DNA of 64,000 bases, from the NCBI GenBank assembly GCA_050011875.1, contig JBEKIG010000011.1, forward strand, positions 64,001 through 128,000, read 5' to 3'. This stretch comes from Nitrososphaeria archaeon (GTDB taxonomy: Archaea > Thermoproteota > Nitrososphaeria > JACIWG01). The notes beneath the pieces were generated by a model. That model was not told the DNA's origin. It did no database searches and saw only the letters and a list, made by a program, of their open reading frames with translations. Position 1 is the stretch's first letter. The number at the start of each line of letters is the position of its first letter. The position numbers and the translations under genes were made by a program. Positions 59,466 to 64,000 of this stretch are shown here, one piece after another.

Positions 59466-60920
59466 CTATCTCTGCAGCGTCTTAACAAGTTCCTTCTTGT
59501 GGCTGTATATCTTCATGCTCAGGGGCATCTGCCCGATTGCGAAGTGTGTCGCACACCCAAAGCAGGGGTCGTAAGCCCTAAAAGCCATCTCCACTTTATT
59601 TAAAATCCCCTGATCCGCCACGCCTCCGTGAATCAAGCCCTTAGCAGCATCCCTTATAGACATGCATATCGCTGGATAATTGTTCGTTGTGGCCACTATC
59701 ATGTTAACATCCTTGATCAGCGCATCCTTGTCTAGAACGTAGTGATGGAACAATGTTCCTCTTGCCGCTTCAACGACGCCCACGCCTTCGCCTGGTTCCC
59801 CCGGTTTGTTCCTTACGCTCTTGCTTGTAATCTCCGGGTCCCTGCTCAGCTCCAGCGCTCTCTCGGTTGCGTATAAAAGCTCGATCAATCTCGCCCAATG
59901 GAAGACTAATGTTCCGTGCACGGGCTTGCATCCAAAGGTCTTGTACATCTCCTCATACTCGGCCTGAGCTAAAGGCGTTGCCATACCATTTGACGCATTA
60001 AGTCGACCGAGAGGCCCAACGCGGTAGATCCCACTGCCTTCTCCGCAGGTCAAGCCCTTCCAGCCCACCTTCTTAAGGTACGGGAATTTCGCGTAGGTCC
60101 ATTGATCAACGTGTTCGCCGACATTCGTTAAGTAATCCTCAGGCTCAAACTTCAAGAATTCATTACCTTTCGGGTCGACAACCCTGATCCTTCCATCATA
60201 GAAGTTGACCTTATTGTTCTCGTCAACCGTCCCCATGTAGTATGTCCTCGTCGTGTAGGCGTCGCTCTTAATCATGTCTACATACTCGCTGTTCCCAAGG
60301 ACAACATCGTGGAACAGCTTCAGCGTGAACTTTGCAAACTCCAGGGATGAAGCAGCCATCTTTTCGATTTCAGCCCTCTTTTCTTCACTTAAGGGCTTGG
60401 ATATTCCTCCAGGTAGACCGCAGACAGGGTGGGTTGCCTTCCCGCCTAAAATCTCGGTTATCTTCTGCCCATATGCCCTGTGCTTAATAACCTCCTTTGC
60501 AACGTCCATGCCGACCTTCTCGATCACCCCCAGTATGTTTCTCTTGCCCGGTGGCGCGTCAGGGCCAACAATAAAGTCTGGGCCTCCGAGGTAGTAGAAA
60601 TGCAGGATATGATCGTAAATAATGTAACCGGAATACATGAGTTCTCTGAGCTTCTTGGCTGCAGGAGGGGGCTCAACGTTGAACGCAGCATCCAAAGCTT
60701 TCGTCGCTGCTATGTGATGGGCTGTTGGGCAGACTCCGCATATTCTAGAAGTCAGAATCGGCATGAGCTCAGCCCTTCTTCCGACACAGAACTGCTCAAA
60801 TCCCCTGAGCTCCGGAACCTTCAAGTAGGCGTCCTCCACTTCGCCTGCATCGTTGAGGAATATCGAAATGTTCCCGTGACCTTCAAGCCTTGTTATAGGG
60901 TCTATAACCACTTCCTTCAT
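59466..60920 (-). CDS. mvhA: [NiFe] hydrogenase large subunit, group 3c
   Basis: TRLEGHG, RICGVCPTAH, EAARG.L.H, RAYDPCFGCATH. Confidence 0.95.
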   Translation of the reverse strand: MKEVVIDPITRLEGHGNISIFLNDAGEVEDAYLKVPELRGFEQFCVGRRAELMPILTSRICGVCPTAHHIAATKALDAAFNVEPPPAAKKLRELMYSGYIIYDHILHFYYLGGPDFIVGPDAPPGKRNILGVIEKVGMDVAKEVIKHRAYGQKITEILGGKATHPVCGLPGGISKPLSEEKRAEIEKMAASSLEFAKFTLKLFHDVVLGNSEYVDMIKSDAYTTRTYYMGTVDENNKVNFYDGRIRVVDPKGNEFLKFEPEDYLTNVGEHVDQWTYAKFPYLKKVGWKGLTCGEGSGIYRVGPLGRLNASNGMATPLAQAEYEEMYKTFGCKPVHGTLVFHWARLIELLYATERALELSRDPEITSKSVRNKPGEPGEGVGVVEAARGTLFHHYVLDKDALIKDVNMIVATTNNYPAICMSIRDAAKGLIHGGVADQGILNKVEMAFRAYDPCFGCATHFAIGQMPLSMKIYSHKKELVKTLQR

Positions 60921-61903
60921 TCCTTAACCACCTTTCTCCTCAATATCGATGCCGGCAGAGAGTACATGTAAAATGTGCCAACAGGGTCCTTGATCTGGCT
61001 CATGAGCTTATCAACGTCTTCCTGAGTCAGGTGCTCTCTTTCATCCTCTAAGCCGAGAATGGACGCTACAGCACTGATCATGGCCGAACCCTGCTCCGGT
61101 GAATTTGGAGGTGGACCACCACATCCCGTACAAGGCATGTCAACGGATAGGCATTGAGCCCCACATCCGCTGCGGGTTCCAGGTCCCATGCAGATGATCC
61201 CCTGCTCGAGCAGACACTTCTCCGGTTCAGGAACTTTTTCGTAAACACGATAGATCCTTGAAATATTCTTGCTCTCCTTCTTCCTTGGGCACTCGTCGCA
61301 TACGGACTTAAGAGGTGCGAGGACCGAACCCTTAGGCGGCAACTGCCCTTTCGCTATGGCATCGAGAGCGTCTGATATTAGCTTGACTGGAGGTGGGCAA
61401 CCGGGCAAGTAATAGTCCACTTCAACGGTCTGGCCCAGAGTCCTGACAGTGTTATATAACTTTGGAAGGCTGAGCACTCCTTCATTCACAACAGTTCGAG
61501 TTTGTGGGACAACTCCGTCAAGATTTAGAGTAGATTTATTCTCCAAATAGACTTTATTTAAGATATCTTTGCGTTCATATAGATTCGCCAGTCCAGGTAC
61601 GCATCCTTCTTGGGCGCAGGAGCCGAAAGCCACGAGCGTCTTAGACTTCTTCCTCAAGAGCTCAGCCATGTGTTTTTGCTCTTCGGTTCTCACTGAACCG
61701 TTGAAGAAGCAGATGTCAACGTATTTGTCTGGCATCGCTTCAACATCACTGTACTTGACGTCTATTGCGACAGGCCAGAAGACTATATCTGCCATCGCCA
61801 CTACATCAAGTATCTTCTCGTTTAAGTCGAGCACCGCAATTTCGCATCCACCGCAGCTGGCAGCCCAGTAGAAGGCCACCTTCAGTTTCTCGTCGGCCAT
61901 CAC
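60917..61903 (-). CDS. mvhG: [NiFe] hydrogenase small subunit
   Basis: ASCGGC, FGSCA, LPGCPP, CDECPR, CTGCGG. Confidence 0.95.
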   Translation of the reverse strand: MMADEKLKVAFYWAASCGGCEIAVLDLNEKILDVVAMADIVFWPVAIDVKYSDVEAMPDKYVDICFFNGSVRTEEQKHMAELLRKKSKTLVAFGSCAQEGCVPGLANLYERKDILNKVYLENKSTLNLDGVVPQTRTVVNEGVLSLPKLYNTVRTLGQTVEVDYYLPGCPPPVKLISDALDAIAKGQLPPKGSVLAPLKSVCDECPRKKESKNISRIYRVYEKVPEPEKCLLEQGIICMGPGTRSGCGAQCLSVDMPCTGCGGPPPNSPEQGSAMISAVASILGLEDEREHLTQEDVDKLMSQIKDPVGTFYMYSLPASILRRKVVKE

Positions 61904-62790
61904 TTATCAGCTTGACCTATATCGCTGAGTATTTTAGACGCGTTAACCCTCAAATCGCTTAAAGCGAGCTCTTCAGGTGTCAAGCCCATCGCTAAACCAA
62001 GCAGCTGGGGATAGTGCAGCACCGGAATACCATAAACTTCGCTGAACATTTTCTCTATGCGCACTTCGTTCGTGTCGTACATTATGTGACAGAAGGGGCA
62101 GACGGTTATCAGGGCCTGAGCACCCACGGCCTTTACGTGGCTCAACTTGTCTCTTGCGAGTTGTAATGCGATTTTGTCGTTCACACCCACGCTCGGCGCG
62201 CCACAGCATTCTGTTTCATCCATGTAGTCCAAGCACGTTGCTCCCGTTGCTTCAATCAAAGACTTGAGCACCATCGGATTCTCCGGATCATCAAACCCGA
62301 CATACTCCTTGGGTCTAACGATGTGGCAGCCGTTATGCTCTGCAACCTTCAACATCGTAAGCGGCTTAACTACCGAATTCTTTATCTTCTCCAAGCCTAC
62401 GTCTTCGATCAAGACCTGCATAAGATGTTTCGCTTCTACCGTTCCATTAAATTCAAGCCCAGCCTCATTCAAGTGTCTATTAATTTCCTCTCGCAACCCT
62501 CCATCTTCCTTCAGCATCCTGCCAACTTTCTTGAGCGTTCCAGCGCAGCCTGGGCATAAAGTTATTATGTTCAGACCCTTCTGCTCAGCTAACGCCAGGT
62601 TTCTCGCAGCCAGTATAAGCATCATTTCGTGGCTAACGGGGTCCAGTGGTAGACCGCAGCAGTTGAACTCGGGCATTTCAACCAGTTCAACACCTAACTT
62701 TGTAAGGGTCTTCCTAGCTGAAATTTCGAAGGCTGCAACCCTATACGGAATCGCGCATCCTAGGAACATAAGGTACTTGTTCTCTGCCAT
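61900..62790 (-). CDS. hdrB: Heterodisulfide reductase subunit B
   Basis: FLGC, CCG twice, CPGC, HNGCH, CPFCH. Confidence 0.95.
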   Translation of the reverse strand: MAENKYLMFLGCAIPYRVAAFEISARKTLTKLGVELVEMPEFNCCGLPLDPVSHEMMLILAARNLALAEQKGLNIITLCPGCAGTLKKVGRMLKEDGGLREEINRHLNEAGLEFNGTVEAKHLMQVLIEDVGLEKIKNSVVKPLTMLKVAEHNGCHIVRPKEYVGFDDPENPMVLKSLIEATGATCLDYMDETECCGAPSVGVNDKIALQLARDKLSHVKAVGAQALITVCPFCHIMYDTNEVRIEKMFSEVYGIPVLHYPQLLGLAMGLTPEELALSDLRVNASKILSDIGQADK

Positions 62791-62793
62791 CTC

Positions 62794-63318
62794 CTAAACC
62801 ACTTTCTTCTCCATATGTTTGAGAAAACCTACACCGTTAAGCGACTTGCGAATGCTCTCAGGGTTGCCTTTTGGCAACGGGGGCAGCCCTAGAGACTCCC
62901 GCTTTTTCAACCGCAGTTCTGGGATCCTGTAAGCGTAACCTGACTCTAGCACGCTTGCACACTGTTCCTTGAACACTTGGGGTACAACCCCCTCCTCTAC
63001 AGCCAAGTTTCTCAGTACGCGTATAACGCTTGCGACTTCGACGTCCTGTGGGCAGCGGTCTGTGCACGTAAAGCATGAGGCGCACAACCATAGTGTATCG
63101 CTCTTTAACACCCTGTACTTCAATCCAAGTTGCGCCATACGTATTATCTGCCCAGGCCTGTAGATATCACTAAATCTTGCGACCGGACAGTCTGAAGTGC
63201 ATGTTCCACACTGGAAACAGCGCATCAGCTTTTCTCCTCCGTGCATCCTGGAGATTTCATACTTGAACTTGGGATCGATCTCAGATGCCTTAACAACCTT
63301 CTTTTCTGTTTCGTTCAT
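62794..63318 (-). CDS. hdrC: Heterodisulfide reductase subunit C
   Basis: CFQCGTCTSDCP, WLCASCFTCTDRCPQ. Confidence 0.95.
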   Translation of the reverse strand: MNETEKKVVKASEIDPKFKYEISRMHGGEKLMRCFQCGTCTSDCPVARFSDIYRPGQIIRMAQLGLKYRVLKSDTLWLCASCFTCTDRCPQDVEVASVIRVLRNLAVEEGVVPQVFKEQCASVLESGYAYRIPELRLKKRESLGLPPLPKGNPESIRKSLNGVGFLKHMEKKVV

Positions 63319-63743
63319 TATTCATTAACCTCTTTAACCATAATTGGGTTTGGCCCCATCTCTTTGATCTTTTCCACCATGTCTTTGACTACAACTGCAA
63401 ACTTATCCCCTTCACTGGCCGAAATCCATTCTAGCCTCAGCCTTTCAGGCTCAATTCCTAATTCTTTGAGAACCCTCTTTAGGAGCATGATTCTTCTCAA
63501 CGCCTTAAAGTTTCCACTGATGTAGTGGCAGTCAGATGGTAAATGGCAACCGGCAACAAGCACTCCGTCCGCACCATCCCTGAAGGCTTCGAGAATGAAT
63601 GACGGCTCTATCCTCCCACTGCACATAACACGCACGATCCTAATGTTAGGAGGATACTGAATCCTACTAACACCAGCAAGGTCAGCGCCAGCATAACTAC
63701 ACCAGTTACACAGGAAACCAATAATACCTCCAATAATGCCGCT
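63318..63743 (-). CDS. mvhD: Hydrogenase Fe-S subunit MvhD, canonical start missing
   Basis: Frame open from 63743: [18 protein letters not shown]...RVMCSGR...GCH..DCHY, with no ATG/GTG/TTG ahead of the conserved N-terminus. Confidence 0.88.
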   Translation of the reverse strand, partial: SGIIGGIIGFLCNWCSYAGADLAGVSRIQYPPNIRIVRVMCSGRIEPSFILEAFRDGADGVLVAGCHLPSDCHYISGNFKALRRIMLLKRVLKELGIEPERLRLEWISASEGDKFAVVVKDMVEKIKEMGPNPIMVKEVNE

Positions 63744-64000
63744 CTAACCTGCGCCATAATCTCTTCGGTTGTAAAGTGCCCCATGGTGATGGCTTTAGTT
63801 GGACACGCTGCACCACATGCACCACAGCCCTTGCACAGGGCTTCAACCACATGCGCGACAGCCTTACCTTCTTTATCTTCCATTTCGATTGCCTTATACG
63901 GGCAAAGGCTTTCACAGATCCTGCATCCACCGCAGAGATCTTCATCCACGTTCGCCACGATTCCTTCCATCTCAAGCGACTCTTTCGAAAGTATGGTTGT
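63608..64000 (-). CDS. hdrA: Heterodisulfide reductase subunit A, C-terminal part (continues beyond the window)
   Basis: [32 protein letters not shown]; the tail runs out of frame over mvhD. Confidence 0.85.
   Translation of the reverse strand, partial: TTILSKESLEMEGIVANVDEDLCGGCRICESLCPYKAIEMEDKEGKAVAHVVEALCKGCGACGAACPTKAITMGHFTTEEIMAQVRAALLEVLLVSCVTGVVMLALTLLVLVGFSILLTLGSCVLCAVGG

Noticed and set aside
1506-63975. Numerous 60-185 aa antisense or off-frame ORFs in the track (e.g. 35014-35571, 60480-60971, 62264-62797)
   Set aside because: Shadow ORFs of well-supported genes.
1-64000. CRISPR array or cas genes
   Set aside because: No regularly spaced repeat-spacer series; the 36-bp duplicates occur only twice and lack flanking repeats.
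59466-64000. Evidence of methanogenesis
   Set aside because: MvhADG-HdrABC is common in non-methanogenic archaea; no mcr or mtr in the window.

Overview
Archaeal DNA, probably a TACK lineage; Bathyarchaeia is my inference from gene content and order (hdrA-mvhD-hdrC-hdrB-mvhG-mvhA, AOR, RadA, Cdc6, PolB2). From left to right: redox and housekeeping genes, a tungsten AOR operon, and tRNA-Lys(UUU). Three degenerate copies of the tRNA 3' end recur downstream, suggesting serial island accretion. The putative islands carry a WtpABC tungstate/molybdate locus with Cys-less Moco-fold surface proteins under a ModE-like box; a co-oriented cdc6-wHTH-wHTH-radA-inactive radA-small helical protein-polB2 cassette with a duplicated promoter (candidate SOS-like mutagenesis module); kdpABC with duplicated Lrp-domain genes; a papain/chagasin pair; and arsenic resistance genes. 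Next come a DNA methylase remnant, a TGAGCCA repeat cluster and a fused Topo VI B+A (Topo VIII-like) gene. The window ends in the mvh/hdr operon. Many genes carry frameshifts, nonsense codons or deletions, which may be real decay or assembly error. All calls come from reading the sequence; no searches were run.
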